The notes under the pieces were generated by a model, which worked only from the letters and a program-made list of their open reading frames with translations, had not been told where the DNA came from and made no database searches. A stretch of 64,000 bases of DNA from Curvularia clavata (lineage: Eukaryota): assembly GCA_023920165.1 (NCBI GenBank), contig CP089277.1, forward strand, positions 3,038,001 to 3,102,000, read 5' to 3'. A program made the position numbers and the translations under genes. The first letter of the stretch is position 1; each line of letters starts with the position of its first letter. Below, in pieces: positions 40,091 to 52,918 of the stretch.

Positions 40091-41576
40091 CTATGGTTGC
40101 ATAACTTCAGTCTTCATATCTTGTTCCAAAGCCTGTTTCCATGCCTCTCCCCCAGCCTTGGCGGCATTATATTGCCATAGCCACTCGAACAGCGCATAGT
40201 CCTCACCTGCACGAAGCTTTGCGTCGCGTGCCTCTTGTTCGGGTCCATGAGCTAGGGCAAACATAGCCTTCTGGTTCAATGTGCGACGTCGCACTTCCGA
40301 AGCTCGTGGTCTCCGGACCTCCTCAAACACTTGAAGAGCTTTGGGGATTTGGTTATACTCTATTGGGTGGCTGAAGATCCCTCCTAGGACCCCTGCATCT
40401 TCGAAGGCTTGTGCGGCACCCTGTGCTCTGGTAAGGAAAAACGTTAGCTAGATTCAAAATGAAATAGGATAAAGAGTGTTGTGTCGTGATTGAACAACGA
40501 GTCACTTACAGGCATGGCAGTATCGCGTGAGCCGCATCGCCAATGAGTGCGAATCGCCCACTTTCATGGCACCAGCGCATTTGCTCATGAATCTGGAATA
40601 AAGTCCATTTGGTGCATACTGAACCTTCTACATTGATCAGCTCATGCAGGACCGGGTCCCAGCCCACGACCTTGCTCCGGAACTCTTCCAAGTCCACTCG
40701 TCGAGGTCCGTATATGACCTCACTCTTGCCAACACCTTCATGGTATACCAATACGATGTTGAGCATATCGTGCTGGATGAGGTATGAGACTACATGCCCA
40801 CCCTCTCCCATCCAAAAGTTGACGCTGGATCGTCGTTTCAGGTCCCATGACAGATTCTTCTCCGTAATCCCACTCATCGGGACTGATATCCTGTAAACAA
40901 CGTCCCCGGGACTATAAGGAGGGTCTTCTCTGCCCAGCATTCTTCCCCTGCATCGTGATCTCTCCCCGTCCGCCCCGAGGATGAAGTCCGCTTCATAAAC
41001 CTGGCCAGTGGAGAGACGGAGAGAGGGCTTTTGGAAATCGATCTCCGTGACTTCGCTACCTAGTTGAATATCGATCGAATTATCTTTTATTCCCGACTGC
41101 AAAGCTCGCAGGAGGTCGGCACGGTGGATCACAATGTAAGGGGCTTCGTCCTTCACGAGGTTTGGATGAGTGACTGGTGGTGATTGAGAGAGCACTTCTC
41201 CCTTATAAGAGCGGAAGGTGCCGGATACAGGTCGATCAGCATATTTGAGGACTTCGTCGAAGACGCCCCACTGCTTAAGCAGACGCGTCGCGTTTGGCGA
41301 TAACTGGATGCCAGCACCTATCTGTCAAACGGCGATTTTGTTAGTAGGAAAACCAAATAGCAGCTAAGAAAATTCAATTCATGTGAATGGAAGAAACGAA
41401 CATCGGGATGGACGTACCTCTTGCAGTTTTGCACTGCGCTCGAAAACCGTCACACGGTGACCAGCTTGGGCAAGAGCGAGGGCGGAAGCCAACCCACAAA
41501 GACCGCAGCCTACAATTAGAATAGAGAAGACGGGGCGGTGCTCCTTCTGCTGTGAATCACGCCTGTCGTACGCCAT
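40091..41576 (-). CDS. FAD-dependent monooxygenase (salicylate-hydroxylase/decarboxylative hydroxylase-like)
   Basis: GCGLCG, IGAGIQLSPNA, LGADGERS, LIGDAAHAILPCL/AQGAAQAFEDA; 2 introns. Confidence 0.92.
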
Positions 41577-43232
41577 GTTTGGGTAATAGAAGATTAGCAG
41601 TTTTTTGATTTGTTTTTTGATGCAAAAGGACAATTGATTTACTATGTAATCCGACACATCTTTCATTGCCAAAGGAAGGGATCTATTTTGCTTGTTCTCT
41701 ATTGCAGAATCCTTGAAGCCTCTCGGCCGAACAGCAAGATGCTCTGCTTGTCACTTGAAACGCAACTTGCATTCCAAGACAGCGCTGTTAAACCACATCA
41801 TACGTTGACGAAAACAATGATTCGACGCCTACACTGCGAACAGCAGGAGGGGTGGTCTAGGCTGTTGATTGGGTCGATTTCCGGCAACCAACGGTTGGCA
41901 CCCAAGATGGAGTGGGTCGTGCGTAACTGCGCGTGGGGGCCGTAGCTGTGTGTGTAAGGAACTTGGAGTTGGTCTGGCCGAGCTAGCGGGTAATATCCGG
42001 CTTAGCCCGACTCCCGTGTTACGCGGCCAGGTGTCCCGGCAACTAAACAAGGTATGTTCAAACTTGCCAGTTTTAAGAATCCGATGGTACGTTGCATTAG
42101 CGCTAACCCGCCAACATGGTAACTTCTGGCGGGAGTAGATGGCAAGTCTGAAAGGAGGCCACCCAGAATCAGTACCACACCACAGGGTGACGATAAACTC
42201 ACATTAGCCAATGCAGTATTTACGTACAAGCATAGATCTCTCCCAGGGTTCACGCTGCTCTGTGATGCATATAGTAACCCTGAAGTACTGATGGGTAGTA
42301 TACCACCCCCTGAATATTGGCATCGGCGAATTTCCGTGCATGACGTGAAGATACGAAATCGATCCGAGGTCCACTTGCAATTCGCCTTGTCATGCAACTA
42401 GCTTACATGTTTCCGTCCCGCTGGTGTCAAATTTTTACTTTCCTTTGTTTCTATGGATGACGCCTCGGCAGTTGTTTTAGGTTCCAACGTGGTCCAGATG
42501 CTATTCGTGGTTAAGATCCAGGCAGCAACGTGGTAAGTGGCAACGGTACTTTTTCTTTAATCGCGTGGGGCTAAGTTTCCCACTTCTTGGGGGGTCGGAG
42601 TACGAACGTGCTACTGAAGGAAGGATCGGCATAGCAACGTGATCCGGGCTCATGGAACTGACAGTCCCACTGTCGGTACAGCTGTGCAGTCTTGTTTTGC
42701 TGCTTACGGAGTACATGCAGAGAGTACACACTACCATTGAGAATAATCGAGTGGAAATACGAGCTACGATGTACAACGAATTCTAACTTGTAGTTTTCAG
42801 TGTATAGAATGCTGCGCCACAACTTTGTTCATCTGAAGTTACCTCTATCATGAGTACCTGGTGGCTGACTTAGTGCCGACTTAGTGCTGACCGACTTTCC
42901 TAAGTCCATGTTCTCAGCCCCCACTGATTGCAAGATATTGTGGCTTGCCGAACGGCTTGTATGGGGATGTTCAGGCCCAATCTCAGCACACGGACTCTTT
43001 GGCTCGCCGGACGGATTGTATAGGGGCGTTCAGGGTTGGTTTCAGCACACGGACTTTGTGGCTTTGATCGAGGCCTAATGATCTGACTCTCACGCGTCGT
43101 GTTGATCTAAGGCGGTCGTTCGTCGGATATGGCCATGGATGTAATTGTATTTAAGGGCCGAAGGTTACTCAATGTATTCGATTCACCATCGCCCTCAATC
43201 GGTGACACGAGCTTGAAACACCTCTCGAGAAG

Positions 43233-44829
43233 ATGAAGTGTTCTGTGCTTTCCGCAGCCTTCTACTCTGGGCTTTTCTGGACCTCCGCCTCTGGTGCCGT
43301 TATCCCAAGATACTTCGAGAAACAGCCGGTCACCCGTCGCCAACTCGACAGCTCCCAGGTTCAGAAAGAGCTTGGCAGCCTGGTATCCAACTCTACTCTT
43401 ATCTACGGCCCGGCTAGTTCGAAGTTCGAGGAGGCTACTTCACGGTGGACCGATTGGAACAGGCCTCGCATTGAATCCGTCATCGAGCCTGGAACAGAAG
43501 CGGATGTCGCAACAATCGTAAGTTCCAAGACAACCACACGTAGAAAGAGATCAAACTTGCTGACCTTCATTTTGCTAGGTCAAATACTGTAATGAAAACA
43601 GTATCGAATACCTAGTCCGCAGCGGCGGGCACGGCCTGGCGGCAAGTCTTGGGGCGTTCAATGGCATCCAAATCAGCACCTCACCGCTCAAGGAAATCAG
43701 TGTCCAGCCCAGTGGAAAGTCGGCCTGGTTCGGAGGTGGACTTCTTGTGAAAGAAGCTATCGACGGCATGTGGGAGCTCGGTTATGTCACCACCACTGGT
43801 GGGTGCGAGTGCGTCGGTATGGGAGGCGCCGCTCTCGGGGGTGGCCATGGTCGCTTGGAAGGTCTCCATGGCTTGATCGCCGATAACATTCTGCAGTTCA
43901 ATGTTGTCTTGGGCAATGGTTCCACCATCCGCGTCAACTCCACCAGCCACAGTGATCTTTACTGGGGAATGAGGGGCGCTGGTCATAATTTCGGCATCGT
44001 GACCAGCTTCGAGATGAACATCTGGCCTAAGGGCCCTGAAACCTGGCATTTCCACAACTACGTCTGGCGCGGAGAGCACTTGGAGACTGTCTTCAATGCA
44101 CTCAACGACATGCATGGCAACGGCACCACTCCCGTCAACATGGCTTTCGAAGCAGGAAGCTTTGTGATGAACACCACCGTAAGCACCGAGGAGCCCGTTC
44201 TCTTTTGGTCGTTTGTCTACCGCGGTCCTGCTGAGGAGGCTGAGAAGATTCTGGCTCCCTTCAACGCTATCGAGGCCGTCTCCGACGTGGCTGGTGACGT
44301 GCCTTATCCAAAGGTCGCTTCCTCGACGGGAACCGGTATGAACGACCCCATATGCCAGCATGGTAACGTTCACAGTACGTCGACGGTCTTCCTGCGGGCT
44401 TTCAACGCAACAGCGGAGCGCCAGATCTTCGAGAGTTTCAAGCGACGTGCTGCCGAAGACCCTGTACTTGCGCAGGGTTGCACCATCTTGCACGAAGGCT
44501 ACTCGACCGAGGCGGTTGAGGCAATCGACTCAGCGAGCACAGCCTACCCCTTCCGTGCTGACCGCCACCTGACACTCTTCGACGCTGTTGTGCCTCACAA
44601 TGATACTGCTCGCGAGGCTGCCGCCAGAATTTGGGCCGACGAGGTTCGTGATCTGTGGGCAGCCGGCCAGCCAGACCGCACCGTCGACGCCTATGTCAAC
44701 TATGCAAATGGCCTCGAGACCCTTGAGCAGCGATATGGCTATGAGTCCTGGCGCCTTGAGAGGCTTCGGGCTTTGAAGGCCGCTTACGACCCCGACAACC
44801 GTTTCCGCTTTTTCAACCCCATCGTTTAA
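43233..44829 (+). CDS. FAD-linked oxidoreductase, berberine-bridge-enzyme-like, with signal peptide
   Basis: Hydrophobic N-terminus, RSGGHG (covalent FAD His), LGGGHG, GAGHNFGIVT, YVNY, LKAAYDPDNRFRFFNPI; intron ~43518-43578. Confidence 0.92.
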
Positions 44830-46068
44830 GTCGTTTTTGAATAGAGCGTAAAGATCTCTTTGCTGAATGAGTCAGCATTGGGGTGTTCTGGTGGCGTAAA
44901 ATAGTGTATCATAGCACGTTAGACAGGAGCAAATGTAATCATACCTAGATGATTTTTTAGAAAGCAAGCTTATCAGCAGTATCGTGAGTCGTGATGCACT
45001 TCGTTCTATGCTTTGAAGACGTTCCGTTATAAGTATACAGATCTGAGGCATGGTTCTATGAAAGGCCGTTTTGACATTGATGAGGTTTGGTACCGTTTGA
45101 CCAAGATACCGCATCGCCAGCGACCCACTCAGATGCATCATTTGATCAATTCATCGATTTCACGACGTTTTGGTGCTGCAGTGTACAGCCCAGCCTCGTC
45201 CCAGCGTAAATTGGTAGCTGCTAGACTTTTTTAAGAAAGTCATAATATATACGCTATACTCTCTCTCTTCTGGTAGATCCCTCTCTTCTACTAGTAAGTC
45301 ATTCTGCTTGTAGAGAGTCTTACTCAGCACATAAGCTTGCAGCAGCTGTGAAAAGTGCTGAGGTCGCAAAATGGGTCTAAGGGATACCCGGGGATTTGGC
45401 ACTCAAAGTGCGCGCTGTTTAGCCAATGGAGCCGCCAAGTGAGCGAAGCTCCATGGGTGACGACAACGTTCACCAAAGTTGCCCATCCAATGTATGTGGG
45501 CTAGCGTGCATTATGCAAGGATTATGTGATGTATGTGGCTCCACCCGCACCTTACTTTAGGTTTCGGGTAGTGCCCGATACCAGTTACCGACGAACCCCA
45601 CATAAGAAGTCTTGAATGAAATCTAACCCGCATAAGCCTAGTCTGAGTATCCGAGATCTTACCCCTTCAGCCATCTTTTTTCTTATATGCAGCTTTATCT
45701 TAAACATGTACGAATATCTGCCATATTAGGTTAGTGGTACGTTTCGCCTTCGCGCGCTTGAAGCAATGCGATTTACACGCAAGTAGCCAGGGCTACTACT
45801 ATGCAGGTAAGACGGAAAAAGCCCCGCGAGGCAAGCAAAAGCCTTTTACTCTATTGCCGCGGTCGTGTTATGCAATGCTTCGTGCAGCGCACTATGACGA
45901 TCAAAGAATGTCCTAGTATTCTCCATGTAGCAAGAATATATGTTATAATAAGGGCAGTAGCGAGTCCAAAGTCGCTAGGCTTCACATCTCTCAATCCACC
46001 TCTTTCTTTTTGCACTACACTGGTTGTACCAATCCTCCTTCTCATATTCCTTCTCTGCTCCTCACACG

Positions 46069-47112
46069 ATGGGAGAAGTCACGGGTTACAGCAGACCAAC
46101 ACATGGCATCTTTCGCTTTATTCCGGACGCATGGGTTCCGTACGCTGAACTCATGCGTCTGGACCGGCAATCTGGGTTTTGGGCGTTCTACTGGCACTAT
46201 CTGATTGGAATTGGATTTGCCGTGAATATCCCCCCATTCTCGAGCGATCTTGATCTGCCAGCAATTTTGTTCTTGGCCGCGTACCTCGGTCTCTGGACAA
46301 CAATCTTCCGTGGCATTACTTGCACCTGGAACGACAACCTCGACCAAGACTTTGATCGCCAGGTCGCTCGCTGCCGGGTGCGTCCGATTCCACGGGGAGC
46401 TGTCTCAACAATCCAGGCGCATCTTTTCACAGCCGCCCAAATCGCCGCAGGAGCCTTGATTTTGGCCCCGTTCAGCGGTAGAGGCCAGACAACGTGGATC
46501 CATGCAACCTTCCAGGGTGTCCTTCTCTTCATCTACCCTTACATGAAGCGCTGCACCAACTACCCGCAAGTAGAGCTGGGTTTCGGACTATCTTATGCTA
46601 TCTTCCTCGTGGCAGCAATCGTCGGAAAGGACCCACTGGCACCCCTGCTGTTGGATACCTCATCCGACTTGACCACCCGCTTGACCAAGGTCGTCGAGGC
46701 ACCTTTGACACAAGCAGCGGCTTGTCTTTACTTCGCGGGTATCATCTGGACGGTCATCTTCGATACCATTTACGCGCATCAGGACTACCTCGATGATTTG
46801 AAAGCAGGTGTCAAAGGACTCGCTGTCCTTCTGGGACGCAAGGGTACCAAGCCTGCCTGCTTCCTTGGTACAGCCGTACAGTTGTACTTCTTGGTGTTGG
46901 CAGGCCAACTGGCTGAGCTGGGCACAGCGTACTTCGCCATCTCGTGTGGTGGAGCGGCTCTCCTCTTGGTATGGATGATTGCGGTGACTGATTTGGAAGA
47001 TGGTAGCAGTTGCGCTTGGGCCTTTGGCCGTGGAAGCGGTTATGTGGGCACCGCTATCTCCGTTGGGCTATTGGCCGAGTTCCTCTCGAAGAAACACGGT
47101 CTCGCTTACTAG
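46069..47112 (+). CDS. UbiA/COQ2-family aromatic (4-hydroxybenzoate-type) prenyltransferase
   Basis: PYAELMRLDR, NDNLDQDFDRQVARCRVRPIPRG, YPYMKR, DTIYAHQDYLDD; multiple TM helices; intronless; no obvious mitochondrial presequence. Confidence 0.93.
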   Translation: MGEVTGYSRPTHGIFRFIPDAWVPYAELMRLDRQSGFWAFYWHYLIGIGFAVNIPPFSSDLDLPAILFLAAYLGLWTTIFRGITCTWNDNLDQDFDRQVARCRVRPIPRGAVSTIQAHLFTAAQIAAGALILAPFSGRGQTTWIHATFQGVLLFIYPYMKRCTNYPQVELGFGLSYAIFLVAAIVGKDPLAPLLLDTSSDLTTRLTKVVEAPLTQAAACLYFAGIIWTVIFDTIYAHQDYLDDLKAGVKGLAVLLGRKGTKPACFLGTAVQLYFLVLAGQLAELGTAYFAISCGGAALLLVWMIAVTDLEDGSSCAWAFGRGSGYVGTAISVGLLAEFLSKKHGLAY

Positions 47113-47797
47113 ACATTGGCACTACATTGGCCAGAGCGTTTGGCCATCGCTCATGACTCGTAAACCCAGAGACCAGGACAGACAACCGCAAGTGGTCATC
47201 TCAATACTGGCTTGAATTCAATGATTGGATAGAGTGAGTAGGAAATGCATAGGACCCTAGTTGAGTGCAGGGAAAAAGAGAAGGTTTGCCGGAAAAGTTG
47301 AAACCAACGCAAGTTCATTTTTAGCGATAGTTGGACGTAGGAAATCAAGAATGACATGTGATATATTTTGAGATCTCATGGCCATGAAGACAACGTGCAA
47401 GATCAATCCAATTCATTTTATCTACTTTATTTGGCCCTTGAATGCTTCCTCACTGATTGAGAAGTGTGAGATTAGCGTATTGCCAACTTCACCAACTCTA
47501 AAACCAACGAGCCTTGAACAAAAGATCATGTCTTTGATAACATCTGTTTCCTAATCTAATTCACCATGCGATTAAGAGAATATTAAAGGGTAGAGATTGA
47601 GAAAATATCCAAGTACATTCACCACAATTGCAACACCGCAAAACAAAGTTCTCTGGATCAAGGTGCATTGTAGATATGGAATTTGTTTGAAGTCAAATCA
47701 CAATTTAAGCTAGGAAAAAGCGACTATGCAGAAAAAAACATCAAAGCGAAAGGAAAACTCATTGTCATGTGCTCGTCGTTACTCCCACCGGGTTAAC

Positions 47798-48304
47798 TCA
47801 ATCAAAGCTGGCGGTGGCCCTGCCTCTTCGCTTTTGTCCCAGTCCATTAATGGTTGCTCCATGCTCTAGCAAGCACGTCGTCGTGTCATTACTGATTCGA
47901 ACAGTAGATTTAGACATGTCGAGCCAGTTGTTGGTGTCCTCGTCAAGCGCCCATTCTGGATCCATGGCAAGGTTCTTCATGTCTTTCTCATCCCTGACCC
48001 AGTACTCCATGACGAAGTCGCAGTTGTTGACTTTCCACCCTCCACCCTGCATTTCAGCTTGGAATGCTGCGCCGACTCTAACATCAGGCTTTTCCTAGAT
48101 CAACCATCTTGTTAAAGGCCGTTCTTGTTCAAGCATGATTGATTAATTGATTGGATCAAGGACTGAACTTACAATCGCGTATTGCAAGATGTTGTGTTTT
48201 CTCATGATGGGGACCGCCCGTGGGAGAAAACGATTAGTGAACCAATCCACAAACTCTTTCTCAGAAACACCATCTTTGCGGTAGTATTCCACGGTGTACT
48301 TCAT
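47798..48304 (-). CDS. EthD-like (dimeric alpha/beta barrel) protein
   Basis: Two exons: MKYTVEYYRKDGVSEKEFVDWF...HNILQYAI / ...CDFVMEYWVRDEKDMKNLAMDPEW...WLDMSKSTV, a pattern typical of fungal EthD proteins. Confidence 0.72.
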
Positions 48305-49318
48305 TGCGAGATTGGTGGTTATTGTTGCAGTGTAAATTGTTGGTATCTTTAGAGTATGTGATGTATGTCTGCACCGGGCCACTCCGACTATGAGTGATTT
48401 TAAAGAGTGGCTCTTTCTACTTACTTGCTTACTTTGCTGTAGTAGCGTGGGGTAATCTAGCAGGGTATGGAATTCGAAGACAGTGGCTTAAGATGACAGG
48501 GTCAGGGGGCCAATTAGATGTGCTTGCAAAAATCTTTTGAAAGGGATGGCAACATGCAGGGAAACGGGCCATGCACGCTCGTCATAGTCAGCCCACACCT
48601 CCCTGGGATCGTATCGTGGAGACCCGCATGGAGTTGTCCCGCAAAAAATGCAACCCTGGCTGAGCTTGCTGCCTGTTGTATGTGGCTACGCTCGTTGCGA
48701 GGCTATCGGATCGGGGGTCTGCCTATCTGGGAATTAGCCTCGGCGGCTATCATGGCGGCGCTTCGAGCCTAGCCCCGGGCCGGCACAAAGGGATATTCCG
48801 CGGCTGTCGTTCCGTCGCTGTCTTAATTTCTTGGCCCTGGGCTACTGCAGATACGGACTGTATGTTTCACTTCGTGTGGAGACAAACGTCACACTACATC
48901 TTGTCAGATTGTTGAGACATCAGATGAGTCAATTACTTACCTACTACGAGATGATACTGCGTAACCCTACGCTGCATGTCTTCTGCCAAGTACAATTGCG
49001 GGCAAGTACCTCGGGTTGCATGCATGCGCAATCGGAACAGACCCCGGCCCACATGAGACGCCAAGCTTGATACCCAACTAAACCTTCCCAATACTTTGGT
49101 ATCCAGCCTTGCCACGCCGCCCTTCGATACTTTTCCATTGTTCATTATTAAGCGGCGAGTATTGGTAAGCACCTATCGTATAAATGTAGGCGCCCGTGAT
49201 TGAGATATCATAGCCAAGACTAGTTCACTGCATTATCTACACCTATACACACATTCTCACAGACTCGCACACAACTTCAAGTACCTTTTTCACAGCCACA
49301 TCGACTTACTCATTCAAA

Positions 49319-50322
49319 ATGTCCGTTTACGTTATCACCGGAGTCTCCAAGGGAATTGGGGTGAGTGTCTTCATATCACGTGATGCACAACCATCGACAT
49401 TGCCCTAACTCAGCAATCCTAGTTCGAGTTTCTGAAGCAAATCTCGGAAGACCAGAACAACTTGGTTATTGGTCTAGTCCGTGACAAGGCCGGCACCGAG
49501 AAAAAGGTTGCTGCAGAGCTTGGCAGCCGTCCTAACGTCCACATCCTCAGCGCGGACCTCACCAAGTATGCTACCCTGAAGCAGGCCGCTGCTGACGCGG
49601 CCGCCATCGTCGGCGATCGTGGCGTCGATTACCTGGTTGCCAACGGAGCCTTGGTTCCTCTATTCGACCAATACGACAACATTGGCACATTGTAAGTCAC
49701 TCACTACTCCAAGAACGTTCCGTTAGCTAACACGTTTTGTGTTTCGTAAAACAGGGCCAACAAAGTCGAGGAGCTCGAGAAATGTGCACAGGAAGTATGG
49801 CAGACCAACGTTGTCGGCAACATCCACCTATTCAACCTCTTCCTCCCGCTTATCATGAAGGGCAAGGTCAAGAAGGTCATTGCCATTTCCACTGGCGTGG
49901 CTGATCTCGACCTAACCAACCAGCTCGACATTGAGACCGTTGCTTTGTACGCTGCCTCCAAGGCTGGCTTGAACATGATTGTATCCAAGTTCAGCGCCCA
50001 ATACAAGAAGGACGGAGTGCTCTTCCTTAGCATCAGCCCCGGTTTGGTCGAGGTGGGCCGCTACGAAACAGGTATGTCATCTCCTTCTCCAAACATGCTT
50101 AGCAAGAAACTTGGACTAACGCCTTCAACAGCTACCCCAGAGCAGATGCAGAACATAATGGCATTCGCTGGCAAGCTGGCGTCCTATGCGCCGGACTTCA
50201 AGGGCCCAATTACACCGGAAGAGTCCGTCAAGCTTGTCCGCGGAGTCTGGGAAAAGGCCAGCATCGAGGGCGGATACGGCGGTTCGTTCATCTCGCATCT
50301 TGGAAACAAGCAGTGGGTATGA
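49319..50322 (+). CDS. Short-chain dehydrogenase/reductase
   Basis: ITGVSKGIG (TGxxxGxG), LVANGA, TNVVG, YAASK, ISPGLV; 3 introns. Confidence 0.92.
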
Positions 50323-51378
50323 GTTTAGGGCATCTATCAATCCGCAATTGTCTCGACCTCTTGGTTCACTAGTATATAGAACTACCTGTTAATAATACGT
50401 AAAAGCAAGTCGTAACTCTACACATCTATGTTGACACCAAGTGATGCAAAGAAAATAAAGATCTCTGTATTATCTCTTAAGATCTTACGTATGCCAATGG
50501 TTTCTATTTCGTATATGCGGCAAATGCCGTGTATAAGTGGGATGGCAATAGTCTTCGATTTGTTGCAAGTCGCGATCATGTACCGTGACATGGTAGGGAT
50601 TGAGCTCAAGAAGTCAAGGGGTGACCCGTAATGAGGTGGTCGAATAACAATCGCTAGTAGTAATTTGAGTCCATTTACGCTGAAAAGAAATCTTACTGTA
50701 TTCTAGCAGTCGGACCACGTGCTGCTACACCGCAGTACATACTAGTAATTCATTGAAGTTTATTTAACCTATTGACTACAACAAGCGATCGCGAAGAGCC
50801 TCATGAACCGAGAGATTCTCGGCCGAAGTTGATTCTCGTGTCCTTCCGGTTGGTATTGCTTACGTTTGCCAGGGAGCTAACTACCTGCCTTGTCACAATC
50901 TAGCTCCCCTGTATCAACGGCGATTCCCGCCGTTCAGAAATGCAGCATTTCACATTTACTGCATCATCACATTTCGTTATTTTCGCATTCGAGCCCCGAT
51001 ACGGATGAAGAACTTTCTCGTCGTTTCCGTCCAACTTTTGGCAAGTATCGGCGGGGCTGGCCTTAAGGCCACCCATTCCATTCTACACACTCCGTACGTG
51101 TAACCCCTAAGTTGGCCCCTGCCCTGCTTATGCGCGCCACGTTCCACCTGCAGCCTCAAATCCTTTGGGAATTAGGATCCAGCCAATAAAGAATGAGCGG
51201 ACGTTGACGAAAGAAAAAAATTGCGCACTTTACCAAATCGACAAATAAATTTGACATACGTCATAACTTGCCCTGTATGCGTGTTTGCTATTGCAATGCA
51301 TGAGCTAAAATGAGACGGCAGCTGAACCGGTCTTTGCATCTATTGGCTAGATCTACTTTCCCTCCAACGGTCCAGGGC

Positions 51379-52527
51379 TTACACCAGATCTTCAGTGTTC
51401 TTTTTGACACTTTCTTCTAGACTGGTCCAGCCGTTTCTACCCAGTTCTTTCAACAAGTCCTCCGCCCGCTGACGCGGCACAATCTCGCTCAAATCTCTCT
51501 CAGACTGGTAGTCGGCGGGGAAGTTCCTAGTCGGGTACAGTTTCCGGAGCACAGCAAGCACGCTGTTGGCGTTGATGGGCTCGGCAAATGCGAAGATGCG
51601 TTCGGATTGAACTCCGGGATGAACAACTGCAGCTACATGCAGTAAGGCGTCATCCACGACATCTACAAAGTACTCTGTGAAACATGCAACGTTAGCAAGT
51701 CCTTGTTACTCCTCAGCCGCGTATACCCGCTAACGGGGTCCGCAAATGAGCTAAGTGGCTGTCAGGAAGAAAGACTTACGAGGTGTAATGCCACCTAGGT
51801 AAGTGGTGTTTCCCTTGAAAAGCTCTGCAACCAGGGCCGAGGTAGATGGGTGGCCTTGCTTTGTGACATCAAGGGTGGCGCCGAAGTTCATGTTGGGAAG
51901 AACAGCGTTGAAGATGAAGTTTGGCTTCTTCTCTTCCATGAATTTCCATGCTGCCTTTTCGGCCAACGTCTTGCTAGCTGCATAGACGGGTAACGCCCGC
52001 TCTGGCTCGTAAGGTGGGCCTTTGTCGTCGCGATACGCTAGCTCGACCACCATGTCGTTCCATGTCTCGGTGGTCACCTTGATGTTGGGGTCGTTTGGCA
52101 CTGGGACAGTGGCGGCCAGGGATGAAGACGTGAGGACAACGCGCTTCACGCTGGGCTCCTTGGCCGCGGCTTCGAGCGCATTGACAGTTCCCGTTACACT
52201 GCCGGGGATCACGTTGTGTGGGTTCGGGTCCAGCGTGAAGATACTTGCTGTATGGACGACTGCCGCGGCACCCTTAACGGCATCGACAAAGGCACCTGGT
52301 GCCACCATGTCCGGCACTGATACCATTTCAAAACTACCTGGACCATACTTCTCGTTGAAGTAGGTGCTAAGCCAGGCGTTTTTCTCGGTGTTACGCGTCG
52401 TACCACGGACCTTGTAGCCGTATTGGAGGAACTGATCCGCAATGTGCGACGCAATAAAGCCGTTGACACCGGTGACTAGTACCACCGAGCCTTGGGGAAT
52501 CGCATATTGGTCGGCCGGGAGGGGCAT
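51379..52527 (-). CDS. NAD(P)H-dependent aldehyde/ketone reductase (Gre2/epimerase-type extended SDR)
   Basis: VTGVNGFIASH, VRGTTR, VLTSS, YAASKTLAEKAAW, FVDVVDDALLHV; one intron ~51779-51675. Confidence 0.92.
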
Positions 52528-52918
52528 GGTTGTTTCTTGGGATGATTGTAGAGATAAGGTGTCAGTGAAAAGATTGGGTTGGAAATGGTTAGAGAGGAGG
52601 AAATGAATCAATTGAAGTGTAGTCGTTGGAGATAGACCAATGTTTAGATTATATACTCGGTCCGAACTCTAGTACAAGCGGGGAACTTGCTAGTGAACAT
52701 TGCAAATATTTGGCCTGCATACATGCCGAAACATCCCACAGCATTGACTCCGGGGTTCAATCGACTCCGCCGGAGTTGTGTGAAAGCTGATTCAAGGCAG
52801 TGGACAAGATTTTTCACATCAACATAATTGCACCTCGATACGAAACAGCTTTATTATGAGACATTTTTATTCGACATGCTATCTACAAAGTAAAACTATA
52901 AATAACCACAAAACTATA

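Noticed and set aside
43681..44493. 270-aa antisense ORF within the BBE oxidase (and similar antisense ORFs in other genes)
   Set aside because: Shadow ORFs expected from GC-rich codon bias; no independent motifs.
44872..45402. Possible degraded gene or transposon relic between BBE and UbiA genes
   Set aside because: Stop-riddled frames with no identifiable transposase/RT or enzyme motif and no terminal repeats.
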